Shown here: positions 1 through 10,900 of the stretch, in pieces
How positions within the stretch are numbered: the first letter of the stretch is position 1
How the letters are laid out: every line of letters starts with the position of its first letter
IMG/VR virus record: IMGVR_UViG_3300033182_000988
Coordinates: 1-52,477 of that record
DNA: 52,477 nt
Direction: 5' to 3' (one strand)
Origin: a virus
Taxonomy: Duplodnaviria; Caudoviricetes
Notes under the pieces: model-generated
The model's input: the letters and a program-made list of their open reading frames with translations, nothing else
The model's database searches: none
Told to the model about the DNA's origin: nothing
Position numbers and translations under genes: made by a program

Positions 1-243
1 AGTAACATCTCCAGTTAAATTCTTTGTAATCGTAGCAGGAAGTCTATCATTACTGATAGTTCCTGTTGTAATATTAGCACCATCAGCAAGATTAGTGGCA
101 GTCGTTGCCGTGCCAGTAACATCACCAGTAACATTACCCGTAATATTTCCAGTCAGATCACCAGTGAAACTTGTGGCAGTAACAACACCAACACTAAAAT
201 TTTGCTGTTGGATTAGGTTACCACTAACTTTAGTAAGTGCCAT
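1..243 (-). CDS. Tail fibre-like protein, N-terminal part (runs off window edge)
   Basis: Manual translation from ATG at 243: MALTKVSGNLIQQQNFSVGVVTATSFTGDLTGNITGNVTGDVTG..., with G(N/D)xT repeats typical of fibres. Confidence 0.65.
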   Translation of the reverse strand, partial: MALTKVSGNLIQQQNFSVGVVTATSFTGDLTGNITGNVTGDVTGTATTATNLADGANITTGTISNDRLPATITKNLTGDVT

Positions 244-255
244 ATCGTTTTATCC

Positions 256-588
256 TTATGGTGTGACTTCCATAATAGTCAAAGCAACATCAAGACTATT
301 GTTTACATCACTATATGCTGTGACCGTATCGTTTGTTTCTAATACAACTTTGTTTCCTTGCATGAATTCCAAGGAGGAACCCTGAGGAAGTGGGACATTT
401 TTCAGAATGCTGATGTTGTCCGCTGATGGTCTTGTGATTCCAATACCAACGTTAATTGATGAACCAGAGACGTTTGCTAGTGTGACACCAATAATGACCG
501 TTGCAGTGACGGGAGAAGTTGCAGTGTAAATCCCAACAGTCGTTACACCTACATTCGCTTTTGTTTTTAGTTTAAAGGTATTTGCCAT
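256..588 (-). CDS. Small virion structural protein (hypothetical)
   Basis: 110-aa beta-rich ORF, tightly packed with tail-fibre-like neighbours. Confidence 0.6.
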   Translation of the reverse strand: MANTFKLKTKANVGVTTVGIYTATSPVTATVIIGVTLANVSGSSINVGIGITRPSADNISILKNVPLPQGSSLEFMQGNKVVLETNDTVTAYSDVNNSLDVALTIMEVTP

Positions 589-594
589 CTTTTA

Positions 595-1404
595 TTATCC
601 TAATGCGATTGCAAGTGCGACTGCATCATTTTCTGCAGTTGTGAGAACACTGGTTCCATTGATAGTAACATCCGTACTGCTATTTATAGTGCCATCAACA
701 TCCAGTGTTGTGGTTGGAGCAGTAGAATTGATTCCAACTAAACCTCCAGAAGTGGTGGTGATTACAGTACCACCAGCACCTACATTAAGTAATATAGTTG
801 TAGTAATTCCACTGGCATTGACATCGGTTACATCTAATCGGTTATAAACCGTAATACCAATACCACTGGTTTCAAGTTTTAAGTTTCCATTATAATAAAG
901 TCCTACTTCTGCACCAGTGTTTGCAATAATCTTTGATGCACCAGCAGAAGATAATATTTCAACATTATCTCCAGCGATCTTAAGATTTCCACTTCCAGAA
1001 GAATTCTGTATCCAACTGTCAAGAGTATTGTGGAAAATCTGAAGATCTCCACTATCTCCAGCGGCACCGCCAAAGTGAAGTCTATCGCTATCTAAAAGGT
1101 GTACCTTATCTCTGAATGTAGAGACACCAGATACATTTACGTCTCCATTGATATCAAGAGTAACTGTCGGATTGGTTGTTCCAATACCAACCGAGTTCTC
1201 ATAATAAATTGATGTAGCACCGAAATTTTCAGTCCACGGAGTCAACAATGTGATTGTTGTACCTATCCCGACACCGCCAGTGTCTCTTTCTGCAAATAGG
1301 TAACCGTCGTTAAAGTTAAGGGCTAATTCTCCCTTCTGCAGATCAGAAAGTCCAGGTCGCTTTCCAGATACAGCAGATCGTTTTAACCTAAAAGGTGTGG
1401 ACAT
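595..1404 (-). CDS. Tail fibre-like protein
   Basis: N-terminal RLKRSAVSGKRP...GELALN motif typical of fibre N-termini; VGIGTTNP and GDLQIFHN repeat modules. Confidence 0.7.
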   Translation of the reverse strand: MSTPFRLKRSAVSGKRPGLSDLQKGELALNFNDGYLFAERDTGGVGIGTTITLLTPWTENFGATSIYYENSVGIGTTNPTVTLDINGDVNVSGVSTFRDKVHLLDSDRLHFGGAAGDSGDLQIFHNTLDSWIQNSSGSGNLKIAGDNVEILSSAGASKIIANTGAEVGLYYNGNLKLETSGIGITVYNRLDVTDVNASGITTTILLNVGAGGTVITTTSGGLVGINSTAPTTTLDVDGTINSSTDVTINGTSVLTTAENDAVALAIALG

Positions 1405-1427
1405 TTATGTATCTCGGTATGTACCAA

Positions 1428-1455
1428 AAAAGGAGACTTATATAAGTCTCCTTTT
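1428..1455. terminator. Perfect 28-bp palindrome, probable intrinsic terminator
   Basis: AAAAGGAGACTTAT/ATAAGTCTCCTTTT directly after the stop of the 1461-1628 ORF. Confidence 0.7.
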
Positions 1456-1460
1456 ATTTA

Positions 1461-1628
1461 TCAGTCTTCAGAATCTCCCTCTTCTACCAATGTCAGTGCT
1501 TCAATTGCACCTAGGATTTTGAGATATTGTTCTTTCTTTGCATTGAACTGTCTTTCAAGATCAACCAATTCATTCCTGAGATTTTTTTCTCTCTCATTCA
1601 GTTCTGTGAGCATTGATTCAGGATTCAT
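1461..1628 (-). CDS. Small coiled-coil hypothetical protein (55 aa)
   Basis: Manual translation MNPESMLTELNEREKNLRNELVDLERQFNAKKEQYLKILGAIEALTLVEEGDSED*; late promoter upstream and hairpin downstream. Confidence 0.7.
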   Translation of the reverse strand: MNPESMLTELNEREKNLRNELVDLERQFNAKKEQYLKILGAIEALTLVEEGDSED

Positions 1629-1648
1629 TTACTTACATATATGGCAAT

Positions 1649-1670
1649 CTATTTATTATACAATAAATAG
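1649..1670. promoter_or_regulatory. Back-to-back T4-type late promoters (AATAAATA on both strands)
   Basis: CTATTTATT-ATAC-AATAAATAG between divergent starts at 1628 and 1686. Confidence 0.7.
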
Positions 1671-1685
1671 TAAAAAAAGTCAAAA

Positions 1686-3857
1686 ATGGCACGTAAAATA
1701 TTCAAAAGGGTCGGTCTGAGAAGGGACTTTAACTTTTCCGATCTTTCTGATTCTAAAACTGCTCTGAATAACTTACTTGATACGCTTGTTGACGATCAAA
1801 CTGCTACATTCATATCTGAAGACTTGGATGCAATCAGAAATGTCTTTGCAGAGGGAATGTCCAGCGAAGACTATCAGAACGTAATTGGTAGTGCGGTTGA
1901 AAATACGAATGCAAATGGAATCAACCAACCAGTATTCCCAAGAATTACATATCAGAATCGTTTAGATAAGTTTGAAGTTTTTTCTGGTGATCCAAGATTT
2001 GATGGTGGTAATGGTCTCACTGCCACATATTTTAATGAAGACCAGGTAGATGATACAACATCAGGAATCTTTGTAGGAGTTACAACTGGTGGAATTATTC
2101 CAGGTGATACTTTCTGGGAGGATGGGAACTTTAATTATACTGGTAAAATTCACCCACAATCTGTAAACGCAAATGGTGGTGTACTGTGGGAAGGATTCTT
2201 TGTTCCTACTCAAACTGGAAGTTATACTTTTAATACAAGTGCAAGTCTTGGTTTTACCATGGACTTCCAAACTGAAGGATATGTCTCTGGTATCAATACT
2301 TATACTGAATATCAAAGAGTTGGGCTTGCAGTAACAGTTACGGCAACAACTTCTGGCACAAATGTAGTCACTATTCCAACTGCTAATGTTCCGAATGTTG
2401 GAATTGGAATGTCGGTAAGTGGATCTGGTATTCTTGCTGGTACAACTATCGGTGAAGATAATTCTATTGATAGGACGACAGGAGAGATTACACTCACGAA
2501 TGATTCTGGAGATCCAATTACTACTGCTAACTCCAACATTCCAGTTACGTTCTTCAGAGATCCTGGAACATCAGTAAGTACAACTTTCTCTACTTATGTT
2601 TTGGAAGCATTTGAGAGATATAGAGTCAGATTTAGATTCTACGTTCCTCAGAGTGTCAATGCAATTGGTGTAGATAGAAATATTGACTTTAATTATAATC
2701 CTCCTGGTGGATCAACCACAGATTTGAGATATAACAATCTTTATTCTCTTAACTATGATTTTTCTGAATCTGCAAAGGGAAGTTTCAATAATTTCTATGA
2801 CCAGTCTATTCTCTTTGGTGGTGGATTGATTGGTGGATCAGCAAACTCAAATGCATATGTGAAAGTCAAGTCAACCAAGAAAATTGACATCAAATATTCA
2901 CCAAAAACCTCACTGGCGGCGATTACTAAGGCATCACCAACTGCATCAACCACAAATAATTCAAAAGTTGCATCTTTGACTGATACGTCAAATATTGAGA
3001 TTGGTAACTATGTCTTTGGAACAGGAATTCCAGCAAATACAAGAGTTACTGAAATTATTATTAATGACTCCTTTATCATGAGTAATGCTGCGACAAGCAC
3101 AACAGCATCAAATGCACTAACAATCATTGATCATCGTGGATTCGTAAAAAGAGCAACAGGAAGTGCGAGTAGCGGAACTATTACTCTCTCCACTGGTGAT
3201 ACATCAGATCTTAAAACTGGAATGATCGTTATTGGTAATGGTATTACTCAATATACTGGAATTACCACATCTGCATCTGCAACTCAAGTCACAATTGACC
3301 CAAGTCAAGGATTTGCGAACAGAGCATTATATTTCTATGAATCTAGAGGTCTTGTAGACGAAGCACTGAATGCATTCTGTGTTCCTGCAAATACAAGATG
3401 TATGATTGTGACTTCTGATACTCCTGCAGGATCAACATCAATTCCAGTTCAAGATACAACTGGTGTTGGTAATGGATGGAAAGTTCAAGGATTCCAATTT
3501 GCAAGCGGAACCACTGTAAATGGAGCACCTTTAAGTAATACAATTGCACTTAGTGCAGCGACAACAAAAAATCTCATTGCAGGGGCAAACTTTACAGTTA
3601 CGAATGCAAGTGGAGATAGACAACTCTGTTGCCCACCAACAGATACTTCACCACCATTCAACCCAACTGAAGAAGGCCTTGACACAACTTCTTCTGAGCA
3701 AAGTCTGAGGATTGAAGAAGGTAATGTCGTTTTTGATGCTTTGACTGCAAATGTTACTGCATCAAAAATCACAAACTATGCTTCAAGTGACAAATCTAAT
3801 AGTAGACTTGAATTAAGAGCAGGAGACGGCACTACCTATAAGGTTTTGTGCGTATAA
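1686..3857 (+). CDS. Virion structural protein with PA14-like domain
   Basis: GNGLTATYFN...VLWEGFFVPTQTGSYTF resembles PA14; repeated GMxVxGxGI modules. Confidence 0.65.
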   Translation: MARKIFKRVGLRRDFNFSDLSDSKTALNNLLDTLVDDQTATFISEDLDAIRNVFAEGMSSEDYQNVIGSAVENTNANGINQPVFPRITYQNRLDKFEVFSGDPRFDGGNGLTATYFNEDQVDDTTSGIFVGVTTGGIIPGDTFWEDGNFNYTGKIHPQSVNANGGVLWEGFFVPTQTGSYTFNTSASLGFTMDFQTEGYVSGINTYTEYQRVGLAVTVTATTSGTNVVTIPTANVPNVGIGMSVSGSGILAGTTIGEDNSIDRTTGEITLTNDSGDPITTANSNIPVTFFRDPGTSVSTTFSTYVLEAFERYRVRFRFYVPQSVNAIGVDRNIDFNYNPPGGSTTDLRYNNLYSLNYDFSESAKGSFNNFYDQSILFGGGLIGGSANSNAYVKVKSTKKIDIKYSPKTSLAAITKASPTASTTNNSKVASLTDTSNIEIGNYVFGTGIPANTRVTEIIINDSFIMSNAATSTTASNALTIIDHRGFVKRATGSASSGTITLSTGDTSDLKTGMIVIGNGITQYTGITTSASATQVTIDPSQGFANRALYFYESRGLVDEALNAFCVPANTRCMIVTSDTPAGSTSIPVQDTTGVGNGWKVQGFQFASGTTVNGAPLSNTIALSAATTKNLIAGANFTVTNASGDRQLCCPPTDTSPPFNPTEEGLDTTSSEQSLRIEEGNVVFDALTANVTASKITNYASSDKSNSRLELRAGDGTTYKVLCV

Positions 3858-3880
3858 TACCCAAAAAGGTCTCAGATCAA

Positions 3881-3912
3881 ATTTTTGGTGGAATTTTTTT
3901 TCCGCCAAAAAT
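3881..3912. terminator. Hairpin between convergent genes, probable bidirectional terminator
   Basis: ATTTTTGGTGGAA...TTCCGCCAAAAAT inverted repeat. Confidence 0.6.
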
Positions 3913-3934
3913 GGTTTTAAAAGTTGATTTTGGT

Positions 3935-4855
3935 TCAGGTAGACAACAATAAGTAATAAGTCTCCCCGTTGATAGCAACAGGAACTTTATGGGTGAACGA
4001 AGTCACGTTTACTTCTGATCCTGATACAGTGCTGACTCCAGTGATTGTAATGTCATTATAAAAGAAGAGATCACCAATTGTAACTTCTTCACTAAGAGTT
4101 CTCAGTGTGCTTCCAGAGATTTCCCATGGATTGTTGTCTGCTGAGAATGCACGAGTGTCACCAATAAAGATACCAGGTGATTGTGCATCACTTAATTGAG
4201 TTTGACTAACGTTAAACTGTGCTGGGTCAAAAAGATTAACAGTTCCTTCAAACTTAATTTCTTTATTTGTCTCTGTATTTTCTGTTCCTTTATATTTTTG
4301 TCCGATGAAGTATCTTGCTGACTCATTATTTGCCTGAGTCGTATCAAAAATACTATTGATGGATCCTGCCAGATATCCACCAAAATCTTCAGTATCTTGA
4401 ATATCTGGTTGAATATAGTTAACTAAGTTAGTCTGATGAACTGCATCCTTACGAATAAAGTTAAATGATGTTGGAGATACTGAAGTAACTGAGATCGTAT
4501 TGATTCCAAGGTTTGATGTACTTGGAGTGGTTGATAATTTGAATTGAGTTTCTGTATTTGAGTTGCAGATATAATAATCAGTTCCTGCAGATAATGTGGA
4601 TGAACCAACATTTACGTCAGTGCTTACCGTGACAACATCATCATTTGTGAAAACGAATTCATTATCTGGGAAAGAAAAGAATCCATTTGTAAAAGTTACA
4701 AACCCAAGAGTAGATGTATTTCTTAAGTTATTCTGAATGACTCTTAAATCATTTGCAAGACCAACTCCACCAAGGTTACTTAATGCCTGTGTGTCGTTTG
4801 TATTCTCTTGAAAGTTTAAATCTTTTCTAAATCCTTGGTTCTGTCTTACTGCCAT
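3935..4855 (-). CDS. Virion structural / tail-associated protein
   Basis: 306-aa ORF; LSAGTDYYI...FKLS module; N-terminus resembles that of the 723-aa protein. Confidence 0.6.
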   Translation of the reverse strand: MAVRQNQGFRKDLNFQENTNDTQALSNLGGVGLANDLRVIQNNLRNTSTLGFVTFTNGFFSFPDNEFVFTNDDVVTVSTDVNVGSSTLSAGTDYYICNSNTETQFKLSTTPSTSNLGINTISVTSVSPTSFNFIRKDAVHQTNLVNYIQPDIQDTEDFGGYLAGSINSIFDTTQANNESARYFIGQKYKGTENTETNKEIKFEGTVNLFDPAQFNVSQTQLSDAQSPGIFIGDTRAFSADNNPWEISGSTLRTLSEEVTIGDLFFYNDITITGVSTVSGSEVNVTSFTHKVPVAINGETYYLLLST

Positions 4856-4856
4856 T

Positions 4857-7310
4857 TTAACTATGTGTAATGTTCCAGCCTTTAGATCTTAAAATTGCAA
4901 TCTTATCTAATGTATCCTGATTAGGTGCAGAATTTCCACGTAAGTTTACAGTTACACGACCACGATTTACTGAATTATAATTCTCAAGTAAATCATTAAT
5001 CATCTGTTCAATTGCTTGCTCAGTCAAAGAGTTATTCGCTAAATCTATATATCTGATTCTGTATAATTGTGCGAATGCACCTTGCTTATAGTTTGTAAAC
5101 TGATTGTTGAATAGAATCAGGTAGTATAAGTATGGGCAATCAGTGAAGTCAGGAATCTCACCAGCAATTTGATTATTATGTGCGTAGAAGTATCTCAGTC
5201 TTGGTAAGTTCTGGAAAGTTCCAATTGATGTGAAACTATTATTGTAGAGATACAGATAAGTAAGGTTAGAAAGATTTTTATATGATGGAATCTGTCCGCT
5301 CAGTTGATTATAACCAAGTTGTACATAATAGATGTTTGGATTCGCGGCAAAGTTGGGAACCGAACCACTAAACTTATTATGATACATCCAAATGTATCTT
5401 AAGTTTGCGTTCGCTGCAAAACTTGGAAGAGATCCTGTTGTTCTTCCACGAGAACGATACCAGAAATAATAGAGACTTGAGCATGTGCTCAGAGCATTTG
5501 GGTGGATTGGTGAAGTCAGAAGATTTCCAGAATCCAACAGAATATAATAGACTGAAGTGAGATCCTTGAATGTAATCTCTGGAATTACATATGTAGTATC
5601 ACCACTTGGGGATCCACCAGTAATGCTAGTATATCTTAAATCAAGATAATAAAGTGATGGGTTTGTAAATCTTGGCAACGCACCAGTGACACCTGACGCA
5701 TAGCAGTGTAAGTATCTTAGTGATCCGCAACCATCAAACTTATATGATGTACCATTTAGAAGTGAACCAAGACTTCTACAATAATATGCATAGAAAATTT
5801 GAAGAGACTGTTTTCCAGAAACTCCTGTTGGAATTGGAAGATTAGTTCCTTGAATGTAAATGTTTACAATAGAATTGTTATTATTATTGATTGAGAAACT
5901 ACCATCAGACAGGTAATAGTTACTTCCTAGATTTAATGTCTGAAGATTTGTAAGTTGCTTTACGTTGTAAGTATTTCCAGATCCACTTGCTGTGTTATCA
6001 ATTGCTCTGAAGTCATTTGATACAACACTGTACGTTGTACAAGTATTTGGAACGTTTGGAATTGTGCAACTTGAATCATCAGAGTCTGGGTGGAAATATG
6101 CACCGCCACCTCTACCTAGATTTAGAGTAGTGAGTTGTGTGAAACGATTTGCAATAATGTTTTGAGTGATAGAACCATAGAAGGTTCCTTCCATATAAAG
6201 TTCTCTAAGTCCAGATGGAATCTTATTTACAACTGCCTGATTGAGTTTTCTTTCACTCTCGGTCTCACTTAAGTAGAATGGATTCCTCATCAAGTACAAA
6301 TTCTGTAGTGATGGAGCAATAAAATTCAGATCTGGGAAATTCTTAAGGTTGTTATATGCAAAGTCAAGTGTGGTTGCATTCAGGAACTTGACGGTTGGAA
6401 GTTCTGCAATGTTTGCAGATCTGATTTGAATCCTTGAAATATTATCTGGATTGTAGTAGAATTGAATATATCTTTCTCTTGATACCGAAGATCTATATCT
6501 AATTGTGGATGTTGTTCCACCTTGGTCTGCATAGTTTGTATAATTATTTGCATTACCTGTCTCAACAATCTTCCAGCTTGCTGAGATATTATCAATCAAT
6601 GATGATAAATTGACTGTTGCATCCAAGTTTCTAAAGAATCCTGTAAAGATAACAGGGATTCCTTTCATCGCATAAAGAGTTACCGTCTGCCCACCAATGC
6701 TACATTGAATTTTTGAAGTTGGAAACTCTGAATTAAATTCTTTTGCTTGAGGAACAATGGATGTCTGAAGTCTTGGTCCACTGATTGCAGTAGACTGTGT
6801 ACCAAACTGCAAAGATCCACCAGTTGTGATACCAACTCTAGCACCATAGGATATTCTTGCCTTTGCTTGAGTTGCCAGATCTGTACTGGTTGCTCTGGAA
6901 TCACTTGAACTCCATGCACTGATTCTTGACGTTGAAATGTCTGCAATCTTTACGGTAGCACCTGTCCCAGTACCGCTGATATAGCGATAGCGAATTGCAG
7001 AACCACTAAGTGCTCCGTTGATGCTTAAGTTACCGAAAAGAACACTATCGGTTCCTGCTCTCCTCTGTAGAATTCCGTTGTATTGTTCCGAATCTCTATA
7101 ATATCTGTCTAATGTTTCATGAAGAGGGACACTTAGCCTTGAAAAACTAATCCAATCATGTCTTGTTGCTCCTGCGTTTGCAGAACCAGCAATCACCTCA
7201 AGGTCAAGAGGTGGCAGATTGATTGCTTGCAGAGCGGCAGTCTTATTCTCTACGTCTGCAAAAAGACTTAAGACATTAAGTCCGAATAGTTTTGGGTTTC
7301 TAAGTGCCAT
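4857..7310 (-). CDS. Leucine-rich repeat protein, probably virion/tail associated
   Basis: Many LRR units, e.g. LGYNQLSGQIPSYKNLSNLTYLYLYNNSFT and LRYFYAHNNQIAGEIPDF. Confidence 0.8.
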   Translation of the reverse strand: MALRNPKLFGLNVLSLFADVENKTAALQAINLPPLDLEVIAGSANAGATRHDWISFSRLSVPLHETLDRYYRDSEQYNGILQRRAGTDSVLFGNLSINGALSGSAIRYRYISGTGTGATVKIADISTSRISAWSSSDSRATSTDLATQAKARISYGARVGITTGGSLQFGTQSTAISGPRLQTSIVPQAKEFNSEFPTSKIQCSIGGQTVTLYAMKGIPVIFTGFFRNLDATVNLSSLIDNISASWKIVETGNANNYTNYADQGGTTSTIRYRSSVSRERYIQFYYNPDNISRIQIRSANIAELPTVKFLNATTLDFAYNNLKNFPDLNFIAPSLQNLYLMRNPFYLSETESERKLNQAVVNKIPSGLRELYMEGTFYGSITQNIIANRFTQLTTLNLGRGGGAYFHPDSDDSSCTIPNVPNTCTTYSVVSNDFRAIDNTASGSGNTYNVKQLTNLQTLNLGSNYYLSDGSFSINNNNNSIVNIYIQGTNLPIPTGVSGKQSLQIFYAYYCRSLGSLLNGTSYKFDGCGSLRYLHCYASGVTGALPRFTNPSLYYLDLRYTSITGGSPSGDTTYVIPEITFKDLTSVYYILLDSGNLLTSPIHPNALSTCSSLYYFWYRSRGRTTGSLPSFAANANLRYIWMYHNKFSGSVPNFAANPNIYYVQLGYNQLSGQIPSYKNLSNLTYLYLYNNSFTSIGTFQNLPRLRYFYAHNNQIAGEIPDFTDCPYLYYLILFNNQFTNYKQGAFAQLYRIRYIDLANNSLTEQAIEQMINDLLENYNSVNRGRVTVNLRGNSAPNQDTLDKIAILRSKGWNITHS

Positions 7311-7311
7311 A

Positions 7312-7890
7312 TTAGGTCGTTCTCATGATGAACGCAAGTGCATAGTATGGTGGAAGGTTTGCATTGGTTGCAGAAACTGCACCAGATGGTGTGCCAGTTG
7401 TACCTGAAATTGAGATTGTCTCTGTTCCAACTCCTTGATCACCTGCCTTCAAGAAGTTAGATGCTGATTGTGTTGTGGATGGACCATTAGAACTTGAGAA
7501 ACTATCCGATCCACTAAAAGAGTGAGTGTGAGTGACAATAGCTGCATCAGCACTACCACCAGTAGCATCAACAGAAAGACCTGGGTATGTTGTGTCCCCA
7601 GTTCCACTGCTAGCACCAACAACAAATCTATTCCTTAAGTCAGGTGTACTATTACTACCGTCACATAGGGCCCATCCACTAGGAATGGAAGTAACAGAAC
7701 CAGACCACATGATGATTCCACCAACTGGAATCGTTCCCCCACCAACAAAACTTCCAGCAGTAACACTGCTAGATGCAGTCATACTTTCCGCAGTAATACT
7801 ACTATTTGGCAGACTTAAATCATCAGAATCAGTTAACTCCTGAATCTGACCTGCACTTGAATTTACAATTAAAGGTCTACGAGATGCCAT
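7312..7890 (-). CDS. Phage tail-collar domain protein (short tail fibre-like)
   Basis: IPVGGIIMWSGS...PSGWALCDGSNSTPDLRNRFVVGA and C-terminal NLPPYYALAFIM. Confidence 0.85.
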   Translation of the reverse strand: MASRRPLIVNSSAGQIQELTDSDDLSLPNSSITAESMTASSSVTAGSFVGGGTIPVGGIIMWSGSVTSIPSGWALCDGSNSTPDLRNRFVVGASSGTGDTTYPGLSVDATGGSADAAIVTHTHSFSGSDSFSSSNGPSTTQSASNFLKAGDQGVGTETISISGTTGTPSGAVSATNANLPPYYALAFIMRTT

Positions 7891-7914
7891 TATTGACTCT
7901 TTTTTCTTTATTTA

Positions 7915-10900
7915 TTATTGTTCTTTAAAGTTCAAACTTGCTTGAACTGATCCACTTGCACCAGCATCAAGTTTCTTGGCAACTATAAATGTTGCCTCTG
8001 CATTATTGTTGTCTGGTGTGATTACGTTTCTGTCTGCACCAAAGACCTTAGACATATCAATTTCTTGTGTTGAGTTAGCACCAACATAAAGAATGTCTCT
8101 GGTTGTTCCTGGTCTCAGTTTCTGCTCATTCTGTGTATCAATTAATGCAGAAGAAAGACGATTGATTTCTGTGAAGTTCGTTGGTGCAGCACCAGTAACA
8201 TCAGCATTTCCATCTGCATTAGTAATTTCAACATTACCAAGAGTATAGAACTTAGGTGAGATTGTTCTTTCAAATCCACCAACAGTTTCTTTTACTGAGA
8301 TATTATTGATTGCTGCATTGTCTTTCAACTTCATAACGAGATATAGTGGATATGGACTGTAGTTATACAGTTTAGACTTCGTATTCATTCCATTGGCAGA
8401 GATTTGAACTGGGCGAATCAGAATTGTAAAGTCAGCACCAACAGATCCAAGAGATTGATCAATCTGAATGTACTGGAATGATGTAGTTGCTGTTGAATAA
8501 GAACTTACGATACCAACGAATCTGGTATTAGTTACAGTAACTGTTCCTCCAGAGAACAATGCAATCTGACCACCATCAAAAGTAACTCCTGCTGGGAAGT
8601 TACCTTCAATCTGAATCCAGTGTCTACCTAAAGAGTCTGTTCCTGTTCCATTAGGTGGTGGGTTGCCTGGTTCATAATCAAACTGATTTAGATTTGTAAT
8701 TTCTACTGGATCTAAAATCTCAATAGTTGCTTTGGAGCAAATGCCAGGGGATGGTGAAGGTAAAGTTGGGATTCTATAGTCAATACCCATTCTGACTTGT
8801 GGGTTAGTTGGTGCCCAACCCTCTCCAGTTTCAACACCATCTTCATCCAATGATGCATAAGAGTGAGTGTGCTCACCATAAAGAATGTTACTGTTTGGAA
8901 GCACTGTAGTTGTTGCAGAACCGATTACAAATCCATTCAAAGTATCTGGAATTGAAACATCAGGTTTAATGTCAGTAACACCAATCAGAAAGTCTGAGAA
9001 ATGTGCATAGTCATCTTTTTGATTTGGATTGACAAATTGAAGTTCAATCTTAGAACCAGTGAACTTAAAGTCTGATGCAACATAGTGATCATAGTTGCTG
9101 AGACGAACAGCGTATGGATATGTTGTGATACCTACAGTGGTAGTGACACCAGTGACTCTATCCAATGCTTCAATTCCCGCCAGTGCTCTTGATGCACTTG
9201 TTACTGGATATGCATTATATCCTGGTCCCCATCCCTGAATCTTTGCACTCTCAAATGAACCAGCAGTTCCGACTGGATCACTTACGCTTACAACGTATGC
9301 ATTATAGATTGAAGGTGCGATGACCTTTGCGCCGATGTCACTCTCATAGAAGTATGAATCATTGATTGCTGCGAGATCATTTCCACTTGTGAATTCAAAC
9401 TCTACACTTCTACCACTCTCAGTTGATGCCACTCCAGGTGTATAAACATGACCAAATCCAGGACATGCAGTACAGTTGACAACTTTAACTTCAGTAAGTG
9501 AGTCTGTTGTAACATTAAGTCTGGTTGGGATGATTAATTTTTTGTTTTCAATTTCAGTACCAACACTATTCAGAATGAAGTTCTTGGGTGTAAGACCCAT
9601 CAGAGTTCTGTAGTCTGAGGTATTGGTTGCCCTTTCTCTTGTGCTTACAGAATAAATTTGAGATGTTCCTTCATCTCCACCATCAATATAGTATGAAGCA
9701 CCGTACTTATACAGGAACTGTGGAGTTCTGATGTCAGCAGTGTTTGCAATGTTCAGAGAATACTTCAGTCTAAAATATGAATCCTCTAAACATGGTGAAC
9801 CAAGAGAGTTTTCAATGACTAAGGTATGAATAACAACCCATCTTGCTTCTCCAGGGCCTGCAGGAATATAAGCATAGAATCTAGCACCAATTGCACCATA
9901 CCAACCAAACTCAATCTTATACATTGTGACTTTGTTTGGTTGAATCAAATACCCAGAAGGACCGTTACCATTCAGTGGGTCGCCATTAAACTTATCTCTG
10001 GGGATTTCAATTGTCCAATACTGAGTGTCATCAAATGGATCACCAGATACTTTTCTGACCTGATCCAGAATTGACAAACCACTTCTGGCAAGAGCGGCAG
10101 ACTCAAGAGGAATTGTACTTCTACGAATGATCTTGAGTTGCCCAGCATCAATCTGGAAAACATATTGGTCGGTTGGGTTTGTGATACCCCACTCTAATGT
10201 AATACCACTAACAGGTTCTGTTGATGACTTAAGACCAAAAGTAAATCCACTAATTCTACCTGGTTGGTATCTGAATACTCTTCTTGATTGTAAGAATGAA
10301 TACCTGATATCGCTTGAACTGTATCCTGGTCTCGTTGAAGTGGAGTCTACACTTGAATTAAGAACACTGTTGACCTTTGCAAAGTTAAATGTTGATCCAT
10401 CAGTAGGGTCAATCAATAAACTGTCCTTAATGTCTCTCCAGGTATCAGTCCATGTATCAATCTCTGCAAAGGATGTTGAAATGCCAGCAGCATATTCTAC
10501 GTCACCAGACTGAACATATACATTAGTCTTATTTAAAAACTTCTCTTTCCAACCTGCAGGATATCCAGAACCTGCACCAGTATTATAATAATCGTACAGA
10601 TCGTTGCCGAGTTGAATGAATGTGAGGTATTGGTTGAACAGATCTGAATTATATCCACCAAGGTTTGCAAACTTAGGTCCAAATGGATATGAGTATGGTG
10701 GTGGGAATGCCTCTAGTCTAATCGCAGACTCTTGAACCTCTTCAGTTCTTGTTGCAAGATAGCGATTACCATAAATTTCATTTGCTCTGTTATCCCAACT
10801 ACTAAAACTAATTCCACCATTGAAACTATAGAACTCAAACTCATCGGGATCTAATCCATAAGATGATACGTTTGAGAACAAACTTAACTGAGTTTCTGCA

